Shown: piece after piece, positions 50,419-64,000 of the stretch | How the letters are laid out: every line of letters begins with the position of its first letter | Numbering within the stretch: the first letter of the stretch is position 1 | Origin: Octopus sinensis | Lineage: Eukaryota | Assembly (NCBI RefSeq): GCF_006345805.1 | Contig: NC_042998.1 | Coordinates: 146,630,001 to 146,694,000, forward strand | Reading direction: 5' to 3' | DNA length: 64,000 nucleotides | Made by a program: the position numbers and the translations under genes | The notes under the pieces: generated by a model | What the model was told of the DNA's origin: nothing | What the model saw: the letters and a program-made list of their open reading frames with translations, nothing else | The model's database searches: none

Positions 50419-53400
50419 TATCAATTGTAATCAATTAATAAATAGATATAAATGAATGTCTACAGGCTGATGTTTGTTGATTGATTATCCTCTCCATTTT
50501 CTTATTTGCCTTATATATATATATATATATATATACCTATAAGTTGGTAGGTAGGTAGGTAGGTAGGGTAACTCTTAGCTGTTTCCTCTTGAAGCACATC
50601 TCCTTATTCCATTATTCTATTCAATATGTATCCATAGCTACTGTTATATGTTGATTGAAACCCTCATTAAAAATGAAATGGTGGAAATGTTATTTGCAGA
50701 GTTGTTGAATAACAAAACAGGAAAATGGAAATATACACACAGGTTAGATTATGTTGGATAAATGAGTGAGGAGTGCTCAATACAATTAGTATAGGATATG
50801 CTTTCTTTTATTGAAACTGAGTTAGGCTTTCAATTCAAGCTTCAAGCTATTGTAATCATTGTTCTCACCTGAAGATTGCAGTGGCATGAAACTCAAATGA
50901 GACAAACTCTCAGTTTTAACACACACACACACACATCAGTTAAAAAGACTCATTAGGAATGTACATGCATGCATGTGCACACACACATACACATGAAGAC
51001 CAATAAAACGCTATATAGTTAGTTAAATAAATAGATCTTATGCCATATGTTTCTGTTATCCATAAAGAACAATTTTCTGTAATGGTTCTTTTGATTGTAC
51101 ACAGCCAATCCTTATTGATTTTGAAGCCCTAGCCTATTCCATCTTTTCTCCTAACATAACTGCTCACAACAATAAATACAAGCCATCTATAATAGAATCT
51201 CATCTAAATTGCTTGACTGTAATTTTTGATACTCTGCCAAATTGTGTACATTACTATTTTAGCAGAATTGTTTTGATTCAATTTCAAAAATATTCATCTA
51301 CTATTTCTCAGCTCTGAATGAATTGACCAAGTTTCTTTAATCCAGTTAAATAGTAGTTGCATCTAATAAATAATTTGAACAGTTTTTTCTCATGCAAGCT
51401 ACTGTGTCCATTTCTTATGTTTTTTAAAAAAAAATCATAAAACTATTTACATAGCAAATTAATGTATGTTTTAATCCAATGAATATAAGTGCTCTCAAAA
51501 AGAAAATTCCTAATAAAAACAATTTTGTTTTTTCTTTGACTGGGATGAATGTATAATAATACTCAGTCATTTAAAAAAGACTTATTAAATACAAGTTATA
51601 TATTCACATTATGACATGAGCATTGCATTAAGAGGGTTTTTTTTTTGGCAAAGCATATATTATCTGCTGAAAGTAGACAGAAAGAAATTCCATTTTAGAT
51701 TAGGTAATTTAGATTACAATGGGTATCTAGTAATAAAATATTATATAGTATGGCAATGAAACAGGAATTTTAAAGGCAGCAATTAGAAAGAGCTGGGCTA
51801 AACATAATCTGTTGTTTGTGTAATAGGAATTTAGGGTAAAAATTGAGTAATAGTTGAGAAGAAAATAGCCTGTAGTTATTATAGACATTGCTTAATGAAT
51901 TCAATATTAATGATCTAACAGCATCAGTAAGAAAATGTGCTGTTTTGTGAGAAAAATGTTATAAACTAATATAGCTGAAATAAAGAAAGAACTGTGTACT
52001 CATAAAACATTCAACTTTACAGTTAACTGAAGCAAGATGTAAGAAATTTGTAAAATTAGGCAGTCAGAAGACTCATCAAATTTATTCATCCTAGCACAGA
52101 AAATTAGATATAAAACAGATGAAGATACAGTGAGGAAGATGATATTACAGTGTTGAGAATGTTGTTCCTGATGCCTAAATATTATTGTTTTCCCAGGGTT
52201 GGGTCATGACAACCCAATGGTAAATGATGACAATAATTTTTTAACCTAAAAAGAACTTCTAAGTTCTTTTTCTTACAACATTCAGTAAGTGAAGGGTTGA
52301 AATTAACGTGTGAAAATAATCCAATGGTTCATAGAAAATCTAGTGGTCACATACATGTACAATGCTCATATACAATCATCAACTAACTACACATGCCCAT
52401 AAAAATGCATCAGTACACAGTTACATTGGAAACTAGTTTCTTTGAATAATTATAGTTAGTAGCTGTTATTAACAGGTGAAAGTAGGTGAGGAGGAAATGA
52501 CTAAGTAACAAAGAAATGTGGTAGATAGGAAAATTATCATTATTTGAATCTTTAGCTACCTTAACCCATATTAAGGGTGTGGGGGTCTCAACATGGGGAG
52601 AGTAATTTAGGTGTCTAGCATACAACTCCCTTGGTAGAATGAACAGCTACCACTGACTCTCACTCACCCACTCACGTACCGGCTTAAAGTGTTATACTCC
52701 AGAACTTTGCCTCATCTAGTGGGCTAAAATGCATGAGTGGGTAGTGTTCGTACACCTAGTGGTGAGCAGAGAAGTTCTGCAACAGCCAATAACATGGATG
52801 GAGAAATCTCAAGACCAATGACCAGGTATCTGTAACTGAAGACAACTCCCCCTATACTTTGTGGACCACTTACAGTCTCTTTCCTAAATGTAAGCGGTTG
52901 GGCTTCTAGTTAGCACTCTGACTCATAAAAACAGTTCAAAGTGTATAAGCATTGCAGATCCTGCTAGAGTACTTTGGCTAACTCATACATCATCAGACAC
53001 AGGGGCACCTAAGTTTTAGGCATGTGAAATAAATACAAATGAAAACAAATTATTAATCTTTAAATTTATAAAAAATTAATTTCAGAGAAAAGCAATACTA
53101 AAGTAATTCTTAATTGAAATGGAGAAAACATAGTCAAACATAATCAATTTACTACAATATCAGAAAGAAGTCCAATGAAAAGATTTGGTTTCTGATAAAA
53201 TTATACTTGTTTGTTTGCTCATTCATTTTATATGTTTTTACAAGGTAGCATGGGTTAAACAAATATATATTACTGAAGCATTGTTTTCAGCTGGATGTGC
53301 TTCCTTTCACTAACCCTCACCTTCTGCAAGCCTTCAAAAGTAAAAGAACTTCTGGAGGATTTGTTGATAGGGAAATGACAACAGAAATTATCAATCACAG

Positions 53401-53499
53401 CTCATGTGATCACAAAATTTCAACATTCTCACAAACACACCCACACACACATGTGTGTGTGAGTGTATGTGTGTGTGTGTATGCTGCCAGTGTGGTGCT

Positions 53500-53673
53500 A
53501 TGTAAAACCACCCAGCCCACTCTGAAAAGTGGCTTGTGTTAGGAAAGGCATCCAGTTGTAAAAAACATGCCAAAACATAGAATGGAGCTTGGGTGCAATC
53601 CTCTGGCTAGCCAGTTCCTGTTAAACTGTCCAACCCATGCCAAAAAAATGATGATGATGATGATGATGATGAT
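53500..53673 (+). mobile_element. Degenerate RTE 3' tail
   Basis: gttaggaaaggcatccagttgtaaaa...aaactgtccaacccatgcc...(GAT)n. Confidence 0.65.
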
Positions 53674-56600
53674 ACATGCACATGCATAAATATATATTTG
53701 TATGTACATATATTGGCTTATGTCAGATGTATGAGAGAGGAGTGCTCAATACACATTATTACCACAGGCCAACCAATAATAATAGACCCCTGCCCAAGTT
53801 ACTGCAGAGAGGAATTGAACCTAGAACTATATGGTTGCAAAGCAAACTTTTTAACCACACAACTATGCCTATATATATATAGTTTAATATAATTGAATTG
53901 CTTATTCAGGTTGTCTTTTTAAATGTTTATGCAACAATACTGTGTGATAAGAACTAATTTAGATCAAAGAGATTTGCTCAATGAATTTATTGTTGGTAAG
54001 AATCTAGCTGTAATTTTGAAATAAAATCTATACAAGTTTGTTATATCATTCTAATTAATATTCCACTTCTTTCTAACATAAAAAAAATATTTTAACAGCT
54101 CTTTCATTAAAAAAAATAAAAAGACATTTATTCCATTTCACAACTACTTAAACAACTGCTTGAATGCACTTGAACTCAAATTATTTCTAAGAAGATTTAA
54201 TTTTCTAATTATTTTTAATTCTATTAATTTGAAGTATCATTTAAGACATAGGATATGTGATAAGTTGCAACTATTCTGTCTCACTTTAAATTCCTATTTT
54301 TGTGCAAGTCATGTAGAAAATAGCAATGATTTATATTGCATACTTCTGTTTCAAAAGTCTGCAAAACAATTAAGTACTATTATATTTTATAAACCTATTT
54401 TAAGTTTAGCCAGCCATCTTGGATTTAGTTGGACACACAGCAACAATAATTGACAGCTCAGAACACGAGCAGATTATAGCTAAATACAGCATTCACAGTC
54501 AACGTTACTTTGCAGAGAATACAAAGCTTCCTGTCCAACATTAAATTAATGAAGAGACGATAATGTTCACATTGTAAACTATAATATCCAATTTCTGATT
54601 ACATTGCTTCCATTTAATTACATTGAATGAATTTCTATCCAGAAGTCATTAAATTACCAATATTTCTCAAGAATTTCATATTTTTCAATCTGCACTCTAT
54701 GTGAAATGCAGATATATATTTCTGGTTTCAATTCTAGGAATGATTTTAGAGACTATACTAATGATCAGAGGAAATGTATAAACGGCAACATTTTATCTCT
54801 TTTCCTCCATATGAAAAAAGAAAAATAATAAATTCTAATTTAATTTTATGATCAATTAAGGAATAATTAGTCAGGAGTAACTATTTTTTGTGAGCTGAAG
54901 AAATGTATTTTATCTCTCTCTGAAATTACCATTTTTGGTTCTCCAATGTATACAATTCTTACTGGTTCTTAAACTTCTCTGGCAACTTCTCTGCTGGGGT
55001 AGAGACTGAACTGTTTACTATTCTGAACTGACTGCACACATTTGGTAAACAAAAACAGTAACTGAGTTACAAAAATGCTGCTATGGCTGTATCATCAACA
55101 TCATTGTTGTTGCCATTGTAACAAAAATTGTGGTTTTTAAGAAATAACACAAATAAATAGAAATCTAAAACTGAATTGCTTCTTAAAATTCATATTTAGT
55201 TTAAAAGGAATTTTTCTCCAGGTTTCCTTTTCTCCATACTTCTCTCTTGTTTGTCTTAGTATGTTATTTAGTAAAAGCAGTAATACTTTTGGTTTGTTTG
55301 AAGCAAAATTGCAGTATCAAATGTATCATGTTGAAATAATAATGAAATTTCTAAGAGTTATTGATTTAATTAACTAAAATTGATATATACATCATCAAAC
55401 ATCTTTATGTTTCATATCAATATTAAGAAGCTTTACTTTGTGTCTTTGTTTCCTAAATTCTGCTTTATCTTTCACCCAAATAGGGGAAAGTGGCTTTGTC
55501 CCTAGCCAAAAGGAACTAATATATGGTAGAATGCTAAACAAGTTTTGTCCTCTTGACATTTGGAGTTAAAATCATGTTAAGATTGACTGCATCCCAATAA
55601 CATACCACTGTTGATATTTAATTGTTGTTGGTATTGAACAAAAAAATGCACCATTAATATACTGTTGTTGCTATTTAATTACATTCTCTTTCCTCCTCTC
55701 AATTTTACAATATTTTAAGAAATTTCTGTTGATAATGTTTGGGCATAATGGAGTTGCAGTGCAATTAAATACAAATGGCAAGGAATGAGAATATAGCAGT
55801 AGTGGTGGTAGATATGGTGTGGGGCAGTCAGTCAGATTATTGCAGCTAAATGTACAGAGGTTTCTGTTAGTAAGAACTTTAGAAACTTATACATACACGC
55901 ATGCATAAACACACACACACACACGGTGGTTGTCAACTTGAACATAACCACATTCATATTACCTGTATCAGACATGTTGACTTCTCTGATATGGGCTCTT
56001 GAGTGAGTATCATCTCCAAATTAAAGGGTACTGAATTTTTTTTTCATGTAGAGGAGGAGCCCAGTAGATAGTGTTGGCTTTCTGGACCTTGGATGGATGT
56101 TTCATCTGAACCTCTCTCTCATAACCCCTGATGTTAACATAATACAGTGAGTCAAGATATTTTAACTACCAGCTTGACTATTTTCTTTCATAAAGAAGGC
56201 TTTGCTAGGTACCATCCTCTAGTTATTCTTGTAGGATGTCAAACCTACCAGTGTTGTATATTCACCAAATCTTCAGTTATCTCTTAGACAGCTCTTGCAG
56301 CACTGGCTGTATGGTACTTCCCTGAACAGATCTGACACGATTAAGTCTTTTTCTGAACTGCCACCATACTGCCAAACAGCAGACTATCTTTCCGCTATAC
56401 ACCCATGTTCAATTTTCAATTAATTTTAATTATTTAGAATTTCTCCTCTACCTTTAACTAATGGTTTCTTCATTTTCTATGGGTGTAATTTTAATGGGTT
56501 AAAAATTCTGAGTTCCTATCATTAAGTATGCTGGCACCAAACCAATTATTTTTCAATACATGTACATAGTCAGTCTGTATTTGTTTTTGAATTCAAGTTA

Positions 56601-58565
56601 TCTGAATTTACAAATGCATTTTGTTATTTTATTTGTTTTGATGCCAAGGCGAATTCATTCACGAAATCTTTGCATTTGTAAACATATATAAAAGGTATAC
56701 TATATATATATATATATATATGTATATATAAAATAAAAACAAACATTTCTCTATTGCAAAAGAAACCAAGGAAAAGAATAAAAATGATCTCCAAATAACT
56801 GGTATATTTAAAATGTATGTTAATAGAATGAACCAAGAAGATCAGGAAATAAGTTTCAGTAGAGAAGAATCTAAATAAAATAACAAGGTTTTATGTCTTC
56901 TTAGTTGGCTAAAGAAGTAGAAAATATGCTTGGTGTGATAAGAAATAACAATTAAGCAAAGCAGCTAAACAGGTGGAGAGTGTAATGAAGTTTTAGATGT
57001 AGGTGTAGAGTAAACATGGTGAAAGGAAAAACACTAAAACATTTGGACAGCTGTTCTGTCATCTATATAAATGTACTAAAGATTTACTGGAAAAGACTGG
57101 CACCATTAATTCAAAGAAAGATACTAATAAAATGGTAAATTAATAAAAAAAAAAGTAGAACTTTAAAGCTATAAGGGCAAATATTAGATCTTAACGACTT
57201 GTTTTAATAAAAGAAATTACAAAATATTATAATCACAATTTATTAGCATCAAATTACTTGGATTTGGTTTTGTCAGTGACTTAAAATATGCCGAACAGAT
57301 GAGAATTCATACATAATATTCCTTGGTGTACTTAGCAGTAAAAAAAAACAAAAAAACTTGATCATTACTTCAGATAAGTTGGTAGAAGGAAAAATCAGTA
57401 GTATATCAGTTAAAACACCTGCCAGTGTTTAGATATGTTCCTTTATATTCTGAATTTAAATCCTGTTGATTTAAATGTTGGAATCAATAGTTAAAAACAA
57501 AACAATGAATAAATAAAATGGTGAACTCAATAGAGCTTTTGATAGACTAAATGCTTGAGCTAGTTTCGTTTCTATTTGAAGTGAATTAATATTACTAATA
57601 CCTGTGAAAAAGGCATGAATACTACAGTACCCTATTTTGACACTCATTCTTTTTAAATACACGAGATTTGTACAGATTCAAACATAACAATATCTAAAAA
57701 AATTGCTAATTTATAATGAAATCCTTTAAAATCTTTCAGAAATCAATACTTGTTTATCTAGATTTCAAAAAAATATATATAGCTACTATTACCACCATCA
57801 CTACCACTCACCTCAGTTATTAAATAAATATGCTCCATCAAATTATAATTTTAGATGACAATAATTAGATTGCTGAGATAATGGAATTTGTCATAAATCT
57901 GCTCAAAAGCACAGAAAAAAGTTGAATTAATATAGCCTATCTTACATTGAAAATCTTGTTTTGATCCATCATCTTAGTCAACAGAACTAAAGGAACCTTT
58001 TAAATATGCATTAAAATACCATGTGTTATTTTGAGAATGATTCAGAGTAAAGTTATTTCTTTTATCCCTTTGTTGAAATGAGAAATTAAGAAGAACAAAA
58101 TGTCTAAGCTTATTAAAATTAGTTATTTAAATCAGATTAGGAAAGGGGAATAAATATATATGATTCATGTGAGTTGATGTACAGAGTCGAAGAAATGCAG
58201 ACTTGTGGGAGATTCCTTTTATTCAAACCAAATAGCTGCTTGACTTCACATGGGGATATAAACTAAATTATCACTAACAACAATTTAAAAGCTGAATAGC
58301 ATCATACAATGTTGAACTTAAAGCGGAGAAACTGATTCATTTTGAAAAACAAATTTAAATAAAATCTAATACATTTTCTGTCAATCTGAAGTCAGAAATA
58401 ATCTTGAAGAAAGCAATAACAAGCTAAGAGATTTAAAGAAAGTATCTAAGAAAGTGATAGTATTTACTGCATTACTTCTAAAATTAAGTTCAGTACTTTT
58501 ATTGTGTGACACAAATGAATACACTGTACAGTTCTCTGAAATACAGCTTTTCCAGTGACAAATAA

Positions 58566-60724
58566 CACTGGTCAACACAATTTTTCTGCTGGGGCGAGAA
58601 ACATTTCTTTGTTAATTTTTGGGTGCTGAATCCAAAAATGGCCTCCATTTTCTCCCATCACATCAGGTTTGGGCTGTATAAAAAGAAACATTTTTAAAAA
58701 AAATCATAATTTTTGACCAAAAATGCTATTGTGCCCTTGTATTTCTAAATACTATTTTTAGTTCTTCAAGCTATAACAATGCAAAGTGACATTGCAACAA
58801 ACACTTAAACATTACTTTTAGGCTGTTTGCTCATTTAACAAAGAAAAAAATTATAAGTAAAGCCATTTTTAACAGATGAACCTGACAATCCCAGGTGGTA
58901 CATTTTTGTAATATTAAAAGCTGCATAATCAGAAATTTTTATATATGATTACCACCAGGTGGCCTTCACACAAAACAATAACAAATTATTTCTTTTGTGG
59001 TTTATAAATTTTGTTTGTTGTCACCTTGGCAGGAGTGTCTAAACACAGTGAATTCAGAAGACGCTGATTGGCTTAATTTGAAACTTGAATTTATCAAAAG
59101 AGTCACCAGAGTCGTTAGCATCATGCCTTCGCAAGAAAAATTTTTAGCAGCTAAAACAAATGTCACTTTCTACTGCAACCAACATGCTGAGTTCACCCCA
59201 TTCTTTGAACAAAACGACGATCTTGTGTTTTGTAAAGAAACTGAACAGTCACTTCTTAGATTGGGCATTGATGAATATGATGCTTGTTCATGGCGGTTAT
59301 TTATTGATAGTTCAAAGCGCAGCTTGAAGTGCGTACTTCTACACAACACTAACATGTATGCTTCCATACCGACTGGACACTCCACTACACTGAAAGAAAA
59401 GCACAAGCCAATAAAACAGGTGATGGAAAGTATTAACTACTCTAGTCATAACTGGATCATTTGCGTTGACTTAAAAATGGTAAACTTTTTACTTGGACAA
59501 TAGTCTGGCTACACAAAATACCCATGTTTTTTTTGCTTATAGGACAGCCGTGCCAAAGAACAGCACTGAGTGAAAAAGGTTTGGCCTGTTTGAGAAGAAT
59601 TGAAAGTCGGAGAGAAAAATGTCATAAATCCTCCACTTGAGTCAAGAGAGAAAATAGTTTTCCCTCCTCTCCACATAAAACTGGGCTTAATGAAACAATT
59701 TGTGAAAGCTCCAGACAAGGAAGATCATTGCTTCAAGTATATTTGTGAAGTATTTCCTGGTCTCAGCATCGAGAAGCTGAAAGCAGGTGTTTTAGATGGA
59801 TCTAATATACGAAAACTTATTCAGGATGAGAACTTTGTAAGTAGTATGACTGTCCTAGAATTAAATGCATGGACTGCATTTGTAGCTGTCGTTAAAAACT
59901 TTTTGGGGAGTAAGAAGTCAGTGGACTATAAGGAACTTGTTGAACATATGCTGAACTGCTATCATACTATCAGAGCTAACATGTGTATTAAAGTATATTT
60001 CCTTCCCAGTCATTTGGACAGGCTTCCTGAAAACTGTGGTGATGTAAGTGATGAACAAGGAGAGCATTTTCATCAGGAAATCAGGGTGATGGAAGAAAGA
60101 TATCAAGGACGTTGGGATATTAGAATGATGGTGGACTACTGTTGGAGCATTAAAATGGACAGCCCAGAGACCGATCATTCATGCCAATCCTGAAAACGTA
60201 AATTTATTCCATAGCTGTCAAGATCCTTGCTGGAATGACTTATGATGATTTGAAGTTCTTTACTAAAATGGTATTTTCTGACAAATGTGATTTTCTTATA
60301 TTGTTTTTTTCTAATATTTTTTTCTTAAATAATGTCTTATATTTGTGTTTCTGTCATAAACATTAAACATGTCCTACCCCAGCCCATATTACCTGATGAT
60401 GAAGACACTCTGACCTGGGACAGATCCTGAATCCTTTGTGTATCTTTTCATCTATCTATCTAATTATCTTGAATAATGTTGGAGACCATTTGAAATACAC
60501 TTTGCAGTGATTTGTAATATCAACATTATCCAAACAATAGTTATAAAATAGTAAAAACTAGCCAATTTTTACAAAAAATAGCTAAAAATGCCAATGTCAA
60601 AAGCAAGTAAAGTAGATGTGATGGGTAAAAACCGTTGTGATTTTCAGAATTGGCATGCTCAATGATATATTTCACATAAAATATACCCAAGCAGAGGACA
60701 AAAGATTTTTTTTGTTGACTGGTG
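58566..60724 (+). mobile_element. Chapaev3-like (CMC group) DNA transposon
   Basis: TAA at 58563-58565 and 60725-60727; termini CACTGGTCAACA / TGTTGACTGGTG; subterminal ctgctggg and tgctgaatccaaaa motifs mirrored at the right end. Family name is from recalled Chapaev3 features (CAC termini, TWA TSD). Confidence 0.75.
58997..60193 (+). pseudogene. Chapaev3-like transposase pseudogene (N terminus missing, four in-frame stops)
   Basis: WRLFIDSSKRSLKCVLLHN, WIICVDLK, GYTKYPCFFC, PPLHIKLGLMKQFVKA, SHLDRLPENCGDVSDEQGEHFHQ, RYQGRW..DYCW; a single reading frame throughout. Confidence 0.85.
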
Positions 60725-60946
60725 TAATTAATTTGAGATATAATATAATTTGTTTCTCCTCAATACAAATATTAAAAACTGAATAATTTCTATAATAAAA
60801 CATACTATTGATATTGCACATAATAGAAATTTTGTTCTTGTAAATTACATTAAACTGGATGTAGCTTATCTTCTCTGGAGAAAAACTAACAGAGGGGGAT
60901 ATTGTTTTTTTTCCTTGTATGCAAACTGTCATGTGTGTGTGTATAG

Positions 60947-61557
60947 ATGCAGGCATTGCTGTGTGGTAAGAAATTCACTTCCCAACCACATAGTTCCAGG
61001 TTGTCCCTCTGCATGCCTTCTATTATAGCCTTGGGCTGACCAAAGCCTTGTGAATGGATTTGGTAGATGGAAACTGAAAGAAACCCATCATGTGTAAATC
61101 ATCAGCATCATCATCATCATTGTTTAACATCTGTTCTCCATGCTAGCATGGGTTGGACGGTTCGACCGGGATCTGGGAAGCCAGATGGCTGCACCAGGCT
61201 CCAGTCTGATCTGGCAGTGTTTCTACAGCTGGATGCCCTTCCTAATGCCAACCACTCTGTGAGTGTAGTGGGTGCTTTTTACGTGCCATGAGAGGCTGGC
61301 AACGGCCACGATCGGATTGGCGCTTTTTACGTGCTACCGGCACGGAAGCCAGTCAAGGCGGCGCTGGCATCGGCCAAGTTCGAATGGTACTTTTTACATG
61401 CCACCGGCGCAGGGATCACAACTACAATTTCCATTGATTTTTGATGTTGGTGTACTTGACTCAATAGGTCTCCTCAAGCACAGGGTCGAAACGGTGTTTC
61501 TTTACTTGCCACCTGCACAGGAGTCAGTCCAGCGGCACTGGCAACTGCCGGGTGCCA

Positions 61558-61595
<38 letters not shown>

Positions 61596-61835
61596 TATAT
61601 ATGTGTATATATATATTTATATGTGTGTCTTTGTGTCTATGTTTGTCCACCCACCATCACTTGACATTAGTGTGTTTATGTCTCCATAACTTAGTGGTTC
61701 AGCAAAAGAGTGATAGAATAAGTACTAGGCTTACAAAAAGAATAATTTCTTAGACTAAAAAAAAGAAAGCCTTTAAGGCGGTGCTCCAGCTTGGCTGCAA
61801 TCAAATGACTGAACCAAGTAAAAGAATAAAAGAAT
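60947..61835 (+). mobile_element. Family B SINE split by an RTE-tail insertion
   Basis: Head/core ~60947-61090; 3' half ~61620-61835 (aagtactaggcttac...gactgaaccaagtaaaaga). Confidence 0.75.
61090..61560 (-). mobile_element. RTE 3' UTR/tail inserted into the internal TA tract of the SINE
   Basis: (CAT)n-tgtttaacatctgttctccatgctagcatggg...; ends at (AT)n 61561. Confidence 0.85.
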
Positions 61836-62253
61836 ATATATATCCACATCATCATCATTTAATGCCCATGCTCCATGCTGACATGGTTTGGACAGTTTGA
61901 TCTGATGGGTCCAAGGACATTACTGTGCTTCAGTATCTATTTTGGAACAGTTTCTACAGCTGGGTACCCTTAAAGTATGTACTAGGTATTTTTTTTCAAG
62001 CTGTGAATGTGTCTATGTGTTTGTTTACATAAAATTTCCACTTCACATCTTCAAAGATGTGTGAAATAAGAGATCCCTTATTTGAAAAAACAGCAGAGAA
62101 TTAGCAACAGCAAGGATATCCAGTTATAAAACAATGCTTCAATAATATATTCATTTAACCCACGCTATATGGAAAATGGATATAAAATGATTGAATGAAT
62201 GAACAAGCTTTTTGATATAATTATAAATTGACATAGAGAATGGATGAAGATAT

Positions 62254-62622
62254 ACTCTTTTACTTGTTTCAGTCATTTGACTGCGGCCATGCTGGAGCAC
62301 TGCCTTTAGTCGAGCAAATTGACCCTAGGACTTATTCTTTGTAAGCCTAGTACTTATTCTATCAGTCTCTTTTGCCAAACCACTAAGTTACAGGGACGTA
62401 AACACACCAGCAACGGTTGTCAAGCGATGGGGACAAACACAGACACAAACACACATATACGACGGGCTTCTTTCAGTTTCCGTTAACCAAATCCACTCAC
62501 AAGGCTTTGGTCGACCCGAGGCTATAGGAGAAGACACTTGCCCAAGGTGCCACGCAGTGGGACTGAACCTGGAACCATGTAGTTGGTAAGCAAGCTACTT
62601 ACCACGCAGCCACTCCTGCGCC
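62254..62622 (-). mobile_element. Full-length family B SINE
   Basis: tactcttttacttgtttcagtcatttg...cttaccacgcagccactcctgcgcc. Confidence 0.9.
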
Positions 62623-64000
62623 TATATTCACAATTATCCATAAATAGTTCTGAAAAGTTATAAAATGAATTTTTCTTGATTTGATTTAGTGATTGCAAAA
62701 GATGAACTTGATAAATATGATGATTTATGTCTTAGAAATAATTTCATTTCAGAGACAAGCAACACATTTTAAAAGTATCGTAGAAAAAGATGTAATAAGT
62801 AGCTGCGACCTCCAAATATTGCTAGTATTTTATATAAAATGAAATTATGATAAATCTACCATTGGGAAGATTTGAACTAAAAAATACCATGTGTAAATGT
62901 AGATACCAAAATTATTCAGTCTCATGAAATAGAAAAGCATACCAATAAGCATCATAGATTATACAGGAAAAATATTTTTTAGTGTTTTTCTTCTTTTAAC
63001 TCTTAAAAAGCAAATATCATCAATTGAAGTTTCAAAAATTTTACATGGATACTACTACCACCAAATGAAAGCAAATATTTTACAGCACTTTTCAATAATG
63101 AGATTGTAAATTTTCTTGTGCATGAGATTAATAATTATTATAGTTTAACACTTATTTAAAGTGAAAATAAGTATAAAAATACCAGTAAAAAGAGCTATTC
63201 TTTTGCTTTTTGCCTTTTTGGCACACACATCCATGCAACCCTTTCCTACCATTTAAGGGTTAATAAACACTTTAAAACAACAAGATTTAAATGAATAAAA
63301 AAAAAACAAAGAGAAAAGAAAAAAAAACTAGATGATTTGTATTTCTAGAAGGAACAGAAGAAAAGAAATGTGCTTTTGATTTAATCTGTTATTTGAAAAT
63401 GAAAAAACGAAGAACAAAAAAGGTTATTATTTTCCAGAATGTCATTCAATTACAAATCTGAGTCATGTATTGTAGCTCCCTTCCTAAGTAAAAGGATAAT
63501 AAGTCTTGCAATGTTGCTACTTAAAGCCTAAACTAATGAAACAAAGAAGCTATCCCTGATAATCTTCCTTTCAGTGAAGCAGTTATTGCATGCAATGTTA
63601 GCAGATCAAAGAGTATTGTTGGTAAATATCTGGAGGAGTAGCTTTTAACAAATGAACAATGACTGCAACTGGAGAGAATTCTTAAACAAAACAGACTCAG
63701 CCACAATGGAGATGTTGCACATAATTGCTATGACAAAGTACAAGCTGCTGGAAATGGGACTTACTTATGGGACTTTGATATATTATCAATAAATTAAAAA
63801 TCTGGAGGATGTGGTGGGGAGGAAACATGATGAACATTTTGATATTTTTCTTTGATTATTCAACATTTATTACACTAATGTAGGCTTATGTAGTGTATAA
63901 TATATAATATATAATCAGCAACATGGCCAAGACACTGAAGCTTGTTATTCTCAAAAAGTTCAGTTCACCTAGCTCTAAGTAGTTGTCATGGTGTAGGAAC

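Noticed and set aside
52640-52760. Stem cccactcacg/catgagtggg in an RTE-5'-UTR-like relic, considered as an HDV-like ribozyme
   Set aside because: I could not build the nested double pseudoknot (P1, P1.1, P3, J4/2).

Overview
AT-rich eukaryotic genomic DNA. The repeat complement (tRNA-derived SINEs, RTE LINEs, long TA microsatellites) points to an octopus or other coleoid cephalopod; this is inference. The window lies inside one minus-strand host gene, a diacylglycerol lipase of the DAGL-alpha/inaE type. Only two of its coding exons are present (41213-41042, 172 bp; 12550-12466, 85 bp). They are phase-compatible and separated by a 28,491-bp intron. The rest is intron packed with mobile DNA: two long 5'-truncated RTE LINEs (one with an open 782-codon ORF), many RTE 3' tails, R4/Dong-type RLE-LINE fragments, a BovB-like RTE fragment with a 7-bp TSD, three tRNA-headed SINE families, two D34D mariners, a DD37D (maT) element, a Chapaev3-like element with TAA TSD, two piggyBac-type MITEs and a Helitron-like element. 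The most interesting signals are: (1) two unrelated families of foldback elements whose arms carry minimal type-I hammerhead ribozyme folds, one with a tRNA-like Pol III head (1141-1597, 42034-42264; second family 19494-19861); (2) RTE insertions repeatedly associated with (TA)n tracts; (3) a modular hairpin minisatellite in the RTE 3' UTR. All genomic hammerhead copies here carry core mutations. Alignments and folds were done by eye, and boundaries of degenerate repeats are approximate.
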